Source of the DNA: Mustelus asterias
Lineage: Eukaryota
Direction of reading: 5' to 3'
DNA length: 64,000 bases
Assembly (NCBI RefSeq): GCF_964213995.1
Contig: NC_135825.1
Span: 11,966,001 to 12,030,000, forward strand
The position numbers were made by a program, and so were the translations under genes. Below are positions 37,201 to 46,305 of the stretch, piece by piece. Each line of letters starts with the position of its first letter. The stretch's first letter is position 1. The notes below the pieces were generated by a model, which saw nothing but the letters and a program-made list of their open reading frames with translations, was not told where the DNA came from and searched no databases.

Positions 37201-40200
37201 AACATGCACTAGCTAAAGCCATACAAACATCGGGAAAAATGTGGACAGAGGTATTGCCCGCTATACTAATGAGATTAAGAGCTACCACAAACCGGACAAC
37301 CGGATTAACCTCTCATGAGCTAATGACAGGACGGGCGATGCAATTACCCGAAAGCATCGGAACAGGTGGGACCAATGTAGGTCCATTAAAGATAAAATCA
37401 GGAGATATGTTTTAGAACTGAGCACCCAACTAAAAGGGATGCGCAAATTGGTAAAGGGCAATCAGGAAATAAAAGACGCAGAGAGAGAGCTTGAAATGCT
37501 CCCTGACGTCCCAACAGCGGGAAGTCGAGTCCTAGTAAAAACATTACCTGACAAACCAGGGTTTGCACCAAAATGGAATGGGCCATATGAAGTTATAATT
37601 AGTGGAGACACCTGTGCCAGTATAGACATAAGAGGGAAAGGGGTCTGGAAACACTGGACACAACTAAAATTACACAAGGGAACAAATAAGTAATTAAATT
37701 GATGAACTAACGAAAATGCTTTCCTCAACACAGGCAAAGATTGCAAGCAAGAACGACTGGCGGGCGCGGGGTGATAGATAATATAACTTGTAAAGATTAT
37801 ATGAATTATAGTGTGAAGTTTGATGTTTGATCGTTGTGAATATGTATGTAATCGTGTATGTAACTGTACTACTTTGCGTTGTCGCGACTGTAAATTTGAC
37901 TGGATTGGTGGATAACTTGTTTTACAAAGCTCACATACATTTACACGGGAATCAAAGTGTATGTTACCCGCTAGCACAATCGGTCGAAGCCCTAATTGTA
38001 GCCACCCCTGGGTGGACCCCTCATGACTTATACACTGTAGATACATCAGATACACCCACTAAGGGACAAATTGGCAAATATAAAAGAGTTATACAGGGGA
38101 GATGTGTGGGACTTGTAAACCGCACAGATCCAACAGGTGGGAGGAAAAGCTTGTTCAGGTACTGCAAGCTATCCGCTTTGTTTTACGGGGCTGGGATGGG
38201 GATGTGCCGATGCCTTGGTCCCTAAGAATGATTCCTGCGTACAGACCCAGTGTGTCCATCAACATTGTCGGGTTAATAAGGGACTACTTGCACTTGTGAT
38301 GAACAGAAATGTCTGAATATAACCGCGGGAAGACAGCTTATTTGTGGACAATGCAATGGAACTCACGTAAGCTCAGACAAATGGACATACCCATTTGATA
38401 CTTACTAGGTGGTGGGATCAAATGGGGAGTCAAGTAAACCGAACAACTGGCAATATGAGCAAACTCATAATCAAGACACTAAATGTTACCGGGCTAAGAA
38501 GGGATATGTGTTGCTCTTCAATGGTACTTACATGACAGAAACACCAAACCTCCCAAACCGTTTTGCAGCAGGAACAATCGGACCACTGACTGTTCCATGC
38601 CCCCAGAAGGGGCATATTCGGAGGAGAATAGTAACTCGGGCTATCAGCAAAGAATGCTGCGCTGACTGGGAAGTTCTGGGCACAATGGGATCCTCACTGG
38701 GATATGGGTTCCTTGGAGCCTTATTTCTCGGCGTGGGGGGGCGTGGGGGTGGGGGGGTGGGGGGAGGGGCAGCAGAAGTGATTTGTGCAAAGAGTAGGAA
38801 TCATATTGTTTGTGGACTAACAGTCCTGGAGAACAACACTTCAAAAGCACTGGAGGCTGTTAACCACGAAATGGCTGAACTGAGATTATATGCACAACAG
38901 ACACGATATGCAGTGGACTATCAGTTAGCACAACAAGGGGGAGTGTGTACAATTATAGGCAATAAATGCAGAACCCATGTCACAGACGAGTCCTATAACA
39001 ATACACAGGTCATCAATAGCATCAGAGAACAACTTGATAGCTTCAGACAGGGACCCAAGAAAGGAAGTAACTGGCTGGAATGGGTAGTGGGGGGGTCCTG
39101 GGAATCTTACTTATTACATGGATTGGTCATGCTCATTTCAATTGTAATTGCCTGTTGTCTAATTGTTGGATGCCTAAATGTCTGTTGCAAGGTGATGGTG
39201 ACTAGAATTGTGCCAGGAGCCAGTGTATACATCGAAGAAGAAACCCCGATGAAGATCCCCGAAGACATCAGAAGAAGCGAAGAAGGAAAGAAGAAGAACA
39301 AAGAATTATACATATAAAAATTGTTGGTCTCAGGATTAGTGAAACTCATAATCCGACCAAAAGTGGGGACTGAAGTGGGAAAAATATACAGATGGGTACA
39401 CATAAGATGGCTGCCTGGCACACAAACAGTCACCTGGGAAAGAGACATTAAACAGGCACTGACTTTCAGTACAGACAGCCACCTGAGATTAAAACACAAA
39501 GAACAGACACCAATTCAAAGTTCAACATGCAGGAATCAAATCCTACAGGAAGCCAGCCAGGGCTTGAGGCACTCTTTAGGATAAGGACAATAGGTTGGAT
39601 AACGAGATTAGCTACAGGTGGGATCGGGAATACATAACTGCAGGAAAACTAATTACTGTAAATTGCTGTATGAACAGACTGAAACTAAAACCATTGATGG
39701 TCACTGACGTAGGAAATGTATCCATTCATAGAACAATGCAATGTTACCATGCTTATGTCCGTGTCTGTCTGTATTTGTCTATAACGATGTGTTAACGATC
39801 GATCACCTACTTGATTACAACGATGTGATAATGGCGAGATGTCCGGTCCATCTATTGTGTAAAGGGTATAAAGATGGACCGCTCCTATTGTCTCATTGAG
39901 AGAAGGTTTGCTGCTTGTTAGTGCCCTTTCTCCACGAAGCTTCGTGAAAATAAAACTGTATTCTTGAAACCTTCAAGCCTGACTCAGTGGTACATTTCCC
40001 ACAACAGTCCTCATCTGAAGCCCAAAATAAAACAGCCTGAGAACCACCCGTGCTGATCTGATAGATACAATCACCAAAATATAACCCAGAAATACACATT
40101 ACCACCACTCTCGTGAAAGACAACAACCTGTAACTACTGATATTAAACCTTTCACACAATCAGGCGAGAAATAAGCAGTGAGGTTCCAATGCTCCTTGGT

Positions 40201-43200
40201 ATCTTTCCCAGTCACTTCTTCAGCCTCCCCCATTGCCTCTGTCTTCTGCCCTTGCTCAGTAACCCGAGCAGCCACAGTTAGATTCCACTAATTGCACTCA
40301 CTGAGCGATTAATAGACTGAAATTGGCAACTCGTCTCTCACTGGGGGGATTTGATCACACACGGATTGACACATTTAAAGTTTCCTTGGAGATTTTTATG
40401 ATCATTTGGAACATTTGGAATACTTGTCCAATTCTGGTCACCACACAACCAGAAGGACGTGGAGGCTTTGGAGAGAGTGCAGAAAAGGTTTACCAGGAGT
40501 TGCCTGGTATGGAGGGTATTAACTATGAGGAGAGTTTGAATGAGCTGAGATTGTTCTCCCTGGAAAGACGGAGGCTGAGGGGCGACCTGATAGAAGTTTA
40601 TAAAATTATGAGAGGTATCGATGGGGTGAACAGCTGGAAGCTTTTTCCCAGGGCAGAAATGACAATTACAAGGGGGCACAAGTTCAAGATAATGGGGGAA
40701 AGGTTCAGTGGAGAAGTGCGGGGGAACTTTTTTACACGGAGGGTGGTGGGGGCCTGGAACGCACTCACAAGTGAGGTGGTTGAGGCAGTTACATTAGCCA
40801 CATTTAAGACTTATCTTGACAGACATATGAACAAACAGGGAATACAGGGATAAAAACGGTTGGTCTAGATAGATAAATGTGATCGGTGCAGCATGGAGGG
40901 CTGAAGGGCCTGTTCCTGTGCTGTACTGTTCTTTGTTCTTTGCTCTTTGATCCCTTTAAGGGGCTTTCACCATTTTGGATTATTTAATTGTGAAATTTGC
41001 CAATTTGTTAACTTTTAATCTGTCAGCTTCACCCTGCGTTTTCAGTGGTTTATTTGAAAGAAGCACAAACTGACGCATGTTGGGAGTTTGACTGGCTTCC
41101 CAACATATTGTCAATTTCTGTGTATTTAACCCCCTCTGTGCTCCCCCACCCACCCCCACAGCCCCACCATTCAGCGCTAAACCAAGAAGGTACAATTACT
41201 GCCAACTGGCTGCTCACTTCACTTTGTTAATGTCTGACTATTGGATTGATCCGGACTGTAAAAATCTGACAGTGTGATATTTAATACATTTCAGAGACAG
41301 GAAAATATTCTGAGCATCGCGGGTAATGTCTTTCACAATATCCTATAGTTAAAGGAATTGTTTGTCTGATTATGTTTGAAGTTCTTGGGCAGAATGTTGG
41401 ACAGGCCACGAATTGAGTTTGTGTCACAAGAGTCGGATTTCCAGATCTCTGCCCTCTGGCTGCCAGACTCTGCATTGCTGCAGAGCCTCGGGATATCGGA
41501 GCTGTCAATGTTTCCTTGCGGATAAAACATGGATCAGACATTTCAGTAATAAAGAAAGTCATTGAGAATAATGTACCGTAAGATATTTGCAGCTCCACAG
41601 TAAACTTTGGATCTGAGAAATATTTAACAATTCCACAGCGATAGAATCCTGCATCTTCTGTGTGAAGATCCTCCATCGTAACAGCAAATATTCCTTGTGA
41701 CTTGTTATCTGTGATCGACATTTTCCCTCGCCGTCCATCTGGATCATCCGTTCTCACTAAATATGAGCACCGTTCAGTCCAACCGTGACACCAATATTTC
41801 ACATATTCTTTGTATGTTCCATCATAATAGCAATTTATTGTAATCGATCTTCCCACAATTCCTGTGACATTCGTTTCTGCCCACAACGCACCTGAAACTG
41901 AGGAGACAACATTTCAGCAATTGACCAAGTAAATAACTGCTTAATGCAGAGAGAAACATTTTAATAAGATTTACCACTGTGTACAGAGGAAACTCTCCAA
42001 TATCTGTATTCATCATTCTCTTTCTAGTTTGTGATTAATGAAAACATGAATATAGAGCCGTGCTGTCAGTGCCAAAGTACTTCATTGACAATGATTTCTT
42101 GTTAATGTACAGTGGCCATTGTTATTGTGTCACCTTGTCACTCAAGCTTTGCACTGGCGCCTCTGAATGGGTGGATTGCAGGGTCAGGTCCCACTCCAGA
42201 GACTGGAGTATAAAACCTACACTAACATTCCAGTGTAATACTGAGGGACAAGATGGCTCAGATTTTCCTCCCCCCAGTCATGTTCACAGAGCTCGGTGAT
42301 GTCTTTCAGGTGAAAGGTTCATCTGACACCCAAGTCTGGACATTCCCTGTCATGGAGAAAATCCCGGGAATGGCTGGAATTTCGAAGCCCGGAGAGTGGG
42401 AGTGGGACTGCAATCGGGCTGGCATTCACACATACGCGATTCGTTCAACTCTGGATTGCCTTAAATTCATCATCTGCCTCGACTGAAGTGGGATTTTGGA
42501 TGAACAGAAGTGTGTGTGGAATCTGGATTGTGCAGATTAGAATATTGAAGAAAAGGTCTGAACTTGGTGGATTCTTATAGACAGTAAGAAGTTTAACAAC
42601 ACCAGGTTAAAGTCCAACAGGTTTATTTGGTAGCAAAAGCCACACAAGCTTTCGAGGCTCTGAGCCCCTTCTTCAGGTGAGTGGGAATTCTGTTCACAAA
42701 CAGAACTTATAAGACACAGACTCAATTTACATGAATAATGGTTGGAATGCGAATACTTACAACTAATCCAGTCTTTAAGAAACAAAACAATGGGAGCTGT
42801 TTGTGAACAGAATTCCCACTCACCTGAAGAAGGGGCTCAGAGCCTCGAAAGCTTGTGTGGCTTTTGCTACCAAATAAACCTGTTGGACTTTAACCTGGTG
42901 TTGTTAAACTTCTTACTGTGTTTACCCCAGTCCAACGCCGGCATCTCCACATCATTCTTATAGACAGCCAGGGTCCAACTTCTGGAGAGGGAAGTTACTC
43001 TTTGGAAGGGGAAAGTTTCTCTTTGACACAAACTCTGGTGAGCCGGTCAGGGCCGGAGTGATTATTCAGCTGTTTAAATTATTTTACTTATTAACCATGG
43101 CGCTGGGGCACAGAAACAGGCCTTGTGTCCACCTCACCTCCGGGCTGAGCAGCATGTGGATTTGTTCCCGGGTCGCCCGTCCCGACTCACTTTTTAATGC

Positions 43201-46200
43201 CTTTCCCGACTCAGTGAACACGGCCCAGGGACGGCAGTCTGGGCCTCAGTCTGCCCCACAGGTCAGTGCACCAGGAATGACACATTACTCAGGAAAAAGT
43301 GCAATGAAGATTCCCTGGAACATAGAACATAGAACATTACAGCGCAGAACAGGCCCTTCGGCCCACGATGTTGCACCGACCAGTTAAAAAAAAAAACTGT
43401 GACCCTCCAACCTAAACCAATTTCTTTTCGTCCATGAACCTATCTACGGATCTCTTAAACGCCCCCAAACTAGGCGCATTTACTACTGATGCTGGCAGGG
43501 CATTCCAATCCCTCACCACCCTCTGGGTAAAGAACCTACCCCTGACATCGGTTCCATAACTACCCCCCCTCAATTTAAAGCCATGCCCCCTCGTGCTGGA
43601 TTTCTCCATCAGAGGAAAAAGGCTATCACTATCCACCCTATCTAAACCTCTAATCATCTTATATGTTTCAATAAGATCCCCTCTTAGCCACCGCCTTTCC
43701 AGCGAAAACAATCCCAAATCCCTCAGCCTCTCCTCATAGGATCTCCCCTCCATACCAGGCAACATCCTGGTAAACCTCCTCTGCACCCTCTCCAAAGCCT
43801 CCACATCCTTCCTGTAATGTGGGGACCAGAACTGCACACAGTACTCCAAGTGCGGCCGCACCAGAGTTGTGTACAGTTGCAACATAACGCTACGACTCCT
43901 AAATTCAATCCCCCTACCAATAAACGCCAAGACACCATATGCCTTCTTAACAACCTTATCTACTTGATTCCCAACTTTCAGGGATCTATGCACACATACA
44001 CCTAGATCCCTCTGCTCCTCCACACTATTCAAAGTCCTCCCGTTAGCCCTATACTCAACACATCTGTTATTCCTACCAAAGTGAATTACCTCACACTTCT
44101 CCGCATTAAACTCCATCCGCCACCTCTCGGCCCAACTTTGCAACCTGTCTAAGTCTTCCTGCAAACTACGACACCCTTCCTCACTGTCTACCACACCACC
44201 GACTTTGGTGTCATCAGCAAATTTGCTAATCCACCCAACTATACCCTCATCCAGATCATTAATAAATATTACAAACAGCAGTGGCCCCAAAACAGATCCC
44301 TGAGGTACACCACTTGTAACCGCACTCCATGATGAATATTTACTATCAACCACCACCCTCTGTTTCCTATCCGCTAGCCAATTCCTGATCCAATTTCCTA
44401 GATCACCCCCAATCCCATACATCTGCATTTTCTGCAGAAGCCTACCATGGTGAACCTTATCAAACGCCTTACTAAAATCCATATATACCACGTCCACTGC
44501 CTTGCCCCCATCCACCTCCTTGGTCACTTTCTCAAAAAACTCAATAAGGTTAGTAAGGCACGACCTTACTAACCTTATTGGTTAAGGACTGGTTCCTGGG
44601 ATAAGGGGGTGGGATGGGAACAGGTTGAGTCCACAAGGTGCATATTTCCTGTCAGTTGGAAGAATCAGAGGTGATTGAATTGAAATGTGTACAATTCTGA
44701 AGGGGCTTGACAGGGTACATTTTGAGCATATATGTACCACCCTACCAGGGCTGGGCATTCTGCATCACAGGATCACAGTCTCGGAATAAAGTGACAGACA
44801 CGAAGGTTGAGATGAGGAGATTTTTATTCACCCAAGGTGTTGTGAATCCTTGGAATTCTCTGCACCAGAGATCTTTAGATGTTCGGTCTTGAAGGATATT
44901 AAACACAGAGATTTATACAATTTTTTGGTACCAACATAATCGAGGGGTATGGGGATAGTGCAGGAAATAAGAATTGAAGTTGGAGATCAGTGAGCATGTT
45001 GCTGAATGATGCAGCAGGCTCAAAGGGACAAAGGCCAACTCCTGCTCCTATTTCTAATGTTGATCTTGTGGAGGAGAGGTGGCAGTATGAATCAAAAATT
45101 CCATTGCAGACAGCATAATAGCATCAGTTTGGTATGGGGCTGGTGTGAAAATTTAGATTTACTTTGTTAAATGTTAAAGAATGAAAAGAAAATGATTCCA
45201 TCTTGGATGGACAAAGTAGACAAAGCATGTACAAGTGATTGGGTGGCACGTTGACACAGTGCTGAACACAGCTACGTCACTGCGCCAGGGACCCGGGTTC
45301 AATTTCAGCCTCGGCTGACTGACTGTGTGGAGTTTGCACCTTCACCCCATATCTGTGTGGGTTTCCTCTGGGTACTCCAGTTTCCTCCCACACTGCAAAG
45401 ATGTTCAGGTTACGTTGATTGGCCATGCTAAATTGCCCCTTATTGTCCCAAGATGTATAGGTTAAGAAAATTAATGAGGTAAATATGTGGCGTTACAGGC
45501 ATGGGTAACACGCTCTTTGGTGCAGACTCAATGGGCCGAATGGCCTCCTTGTGCACTGTAGGGATTCTCTGAAACAGAGTCACTGACAGAGATTGATAAA
45601 ACTTTCATCAGATGTAATTTAAATAATAGAAACAATTGCAAACTTGAGGAATATTTTCCTGGAGCCTTTGTTGCCTCTGCAGTCTTCAGAGTCAATTCAA
45701 TGAGCAATAATCTGCAATGGGTCACAGGCATCTCTCAACATTAGGGAGAGATAATTGGTTACATTTAGTGTAGGGGGCACCACTCCACAGGAATGGGGAA
45801 AGATGAGGAGGCAGATTTCTATAAACTACCACAGCCGCTCTGAGGATTGAACTCCTGCCATTGGAATCATTCCGAATTGCACTCCAAACAACTGAGCCAA
45901 TCAAACCCTCCAGTCTCCAGGATATATTGAGCATGAAACTACATTAACAAGTTAACTTTTACTGGACTGAAATGTGTTGCTTCTGCATTTTAATTGTATT
46001 AATCATATCGCTTTTTAACAAAAATAAATAGGTTAATTTATATTCACAATCAATAATGCCGTTTACTATTTGCTGGGTAAATATTTCTGTGGTACAATAC
46101 TATCAACAAAATAGCTACAAATATCACACGAATGTCATTAATTTATTTTTGCTGAGTTTTTGAAGCTTTACATGTCTCCAAGTATTTAAATATCTCTGCG

Positions 46201-46305
46201 GGATAAACCATGCACGAGACTTAATCTAACACTCATCATCTCGGGATCCAGTTTTGTCCCTTACTCACCAGGCAGAGAAAAGATGAAAAGAATCAGAATC
46301 CACAT
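7201..46305 (-). CDS. Receptor gene A (spliced, 16 exons): CD300/CMRF35/pIgR-like type-I receptor, leader + 6x(V + C2-like) + stalk + TM + short tail, about 1360 aa
   Basis: Exons joined by GT-AG introns in compatible phases; V exons have CD300/pIgR-type motifs (GRSITINC, KYWC, ITDNK, DAGxYxCGI); C2-like exons have YTWY and YYCTASN; neutral TM. Confidence 0.8.
7394..7482 (-). CDS. Gene A transmembrane exon, LIYIVLGVLGAILVVFAVSLLLYRRRIDK
   Basis: Acceptor ctctgtgtcacag, donor G|gtgagt; hydrophobic helix then RRR; phase 2 matches the stalk exon. Confidence 0.88.
7528..8497 (-). mobile_element. Decayed CR1-clade LINE 3' fragment
   Basis: Frameshifted RT and 3' remnants (RKQRMIVDG, RGELIE, RVVEAETL); boundaries approximate. 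Confidence 0.7.
9946..10024 (-). CDS. Gene A stalk exon, (V)GPENSCEVLTVSSMHSSIPNSKPAE
   Basis: Acceptor tttccttctttcag, donor AG|gtacg; phase 1 in, phase 2 out; Ser/Thr/Pro-rich. Confidence 0.8.
11205..11970 (+). mobile_element. Old LF-SINE-like element interrupted by a younger HE1-type SINE
   Basis: Core gctgacactcctgtgcagtactgaggaagtgctgcactgttggaggtgc and tail aaattggctgc...acaacagtgac recognised from memory; boundaries approximate. Confidence 0.45.
11380..11711 (+). mobile_element. tRNA-derived SINE (HE1/V-SINE type)
   Basis: A box TGGCACAGTGG, B box GGTTCAAATC, core tgtgtggagtttgcacattctccc, TTCTATG-type tail. Confidence 0.85.
12386..12709 (-). CDS. Gene A C2-like exon 6 (membrane-proximal, divergent 3' end)
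   Basis: 324 nt; cag acceptor, G|gtaagt donor; EPVSVPE...YYCTASN...NCSYVTQINNV. Confidence 0.9.
13920..14228 (-). CDS. Gene A V exon 6
   Basis: 309 nt; ttttcag acceptor, G|gtacat donor; APSALWAK...DAGWYSCG. Confidence 0.88.
14897..15220 (-). CDS. Gene A C2-like exon 5
   Basis: 324 nt, open, phase 1-1. Confidence 0.88.
16497..16805 (-). CDS. Gene A V exon 5
   Basis: 309 nt, open, phase 1-1. Confidence 0.88.
17475..17798 (-). CDS. Gene A C2-like exon 4
   Basis: 324 nt, open, phase 1-1. Confidence 0.88.
19081..19389 (-). CDS. Gene A V exon 4
   Basis: 309 nt, open, phase 1-1. Confidence 0.88.
19889..23080 (+). mobile_element. 5'-truncated CR1-clade LINE, present in one array unit only
   Basis: RT motifs KSPGPDG, NYRPVSLTS, GVPQGSVLGP, FADD; TGTTCTA-type tail; other units are empty here (cattgaccagaac). 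Confidence 0.92.
20794..21814 (-). mobile_element. Second CR1-clade LINE fragment nested antisense in the first
   Basis: (AGAACAA)n tail at 20794; minus-strand RT C-terminus; host reading resumes at caaaggcaaatcg. Confidence 0.9.
23248..23571 (-). CDS. Gene A C2-like exon 3
   Basis: 324 nt, open, donor G|gtaact. Confidence 0.88.
24243..24340 (+). mobile_element. Short 3' SINE fragment, unit-specific
   Basis: HE1-type tail ggccgaatggcctccttctgcactgtaggg plus A-run; absent from sister units. Confidence 0.75.
24928..25236 (-). CDS. Gene A V exon 3
   Basis: 309 nt, open, phase 1-1. Confidence 0.88.
25886..26209 (-). CDS. Gene A C2-like exon 2
   Basis: 324 nt, open, phase 1-1. Confidence 0.88.
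26554..26889 (-). mobile_element. HE1-type SINE, unit-specific
   Basis: A/B boxes and core on the minus strand; absent from sister units. Confidence 0.85.
27836..28144 (-). CDS. Gene A V exon 2
   Basis: 309 nt, open; W>C change near the N-terminus (ALCAK). Confidence 0.88.
29257..29580 (-). CDS. Gene A C2-like exon 1
   Basis: 324 nt; acceptor tttctttcccacag, donor G|gtaaat. Confidence 0.9.
30218..30585 (+). mobile_element. DeuSINE (SacSINE1-like) element
   Basis: tRNA-like head (GGTTCGAATCC) and Deu-like core ggaaatctaccatcctttcctggtctggcctacatgtg, recognised from memory. Confidence 0.6.
31829..31847 (+). promoter_or_regulatory. ERV primer-binding site, tRNA-Ser-like
   Basis: TGGCACAGTCGGCATGGAT versus the expected Ser PBS TGGCG(T/C)AGTCGGCAGGAT, 2 nt after the LTR. 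Confidence 0.7.
32477..33837 (+). pseudogene. gag: ERV gag (one frameshift near 33250)
   Basis: PPPY-like motif LPPY; two knuckles CYNCGQRGHFARDC and CSHCNKYGHTEAAC. Confidence 0.85.
35462..35506 (-). ncRNA. Minimal hammerhead ribozyme motif (mirror copy)
   Basis: Reverse complement of the motif at 36272-36317. Confidence 0.6.
36272..36317 (+). ncRNA. Minimal type-I hammerhead ribozyme motif
   Basis: cac-CTGAAGA-a-GGGGC ttgca GCTCC-GAAA-GCT-T-gtg: core boxes, stem II, palindromic helix III, short helix I. Confidence 0.65.
37842..39317 (+). pseudogene. env: ERV env (frameshifted SU, open TM subunit)
   Basis: Signal-like MYVIVYVTVLLCVVA; basic site RRRIVTR; ISD-like QQTRYAVDYQLAQQGGVC-X6-C; TM helix. 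Confidence 0.88.
40411..40941 (+). mobile_element. CR1 3' fragment shared by both arms
   Basis: LFSLERRRLRGDLIEVYK; mirror at about 60381-60912. Confidence 0.85.
41577..41897 (-). CDS. Gene A exon 2, N-terminal V domain (V1)
   Basis: 321 nt; acceptor gtctcctcag; VSGALWAE...KYWCHGWTERC...DAGFYRCGI; keeps the extra C-C' cysteine pair typical of CD300/pIgR. Confidence 0.92.
42585..42953. mobile_element. Short Penelope-like fold-back insertion, left arm only
   Basis: 14-bp TSD ATTCTTATAGACAG at 42571-42584 and 42954-42967; inverted 3' ends; empty site near 56574-56587. Confidence 0.88.
42815..42860 (+). ncRNA. Minimal hammerhead motif (mirror copy at 42640-42685, minus)
   Basis: cac-CTGAAGA-a-GGGGCT cag AGCCTC-GAAA-GCT-T-gtg. 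Confidence 0.62.
43316..44585 (-). mobile_element. 5'-truncated CR1 LINE, left arm only
   Basis: Open 371-aa RT ORF at 43412-44527; GAACATA-type tail; empty site near 55868. Confidence 0.92.
45241..45570 (+). mobile_element. Older HE1-type SINE shared by both arms
   Basis: A/B boxes and core; mirror at about 54883-55212. Confidence 0.8.
46269..46305 (-). CDS. Gene A exon 1, leader MWILILFIFSLP
   Basis: Kozak-like acaATG; 37 nt; strong donor G|gtgagt; splices in frame to VSGALW. Confidence 0.88.

Larger units (their letters stand above)
33838..37693 (+). pseudogene. pol: ERV pro-pol (frameshifts, Penelope insertion, apparent RNase H deletion)
   Basis: LVDTGA; DIANGFWS, PQGFHNSP, YVDN; integrase HHCC, DSDQGTHF, SSGMVE, KWNGPY. 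Confidence 0.9.
31220..40006 (+). mobile_element. Decayed endogenous retrovirus (LTR-gag-pro-pol-env-LTR), antisense in intron 2 of gene A
   Basis: LTRs 31220-31826 and 39371-40006; TSD GTCC(T) at 31216 and 40007; PBS at 31829; PPT AAAAGTGGGGAC before 39371. Confidence 0.95.

Noticed and set aside
38409-39317. Domesticated syncytin-like env
   Set aside because: SU is frameshifted in both copies and the CX6CC motif reads CX6CR; the open TM part alone is not evidence of selection.
13920-41897. V(D)J-type rearranging V segments
   Set aside because: V exons are complete domains ending in splice donors; no heptamer-spacer-nonamer abuts them; most CACAGTG hits I noticed are SINE A boxes.
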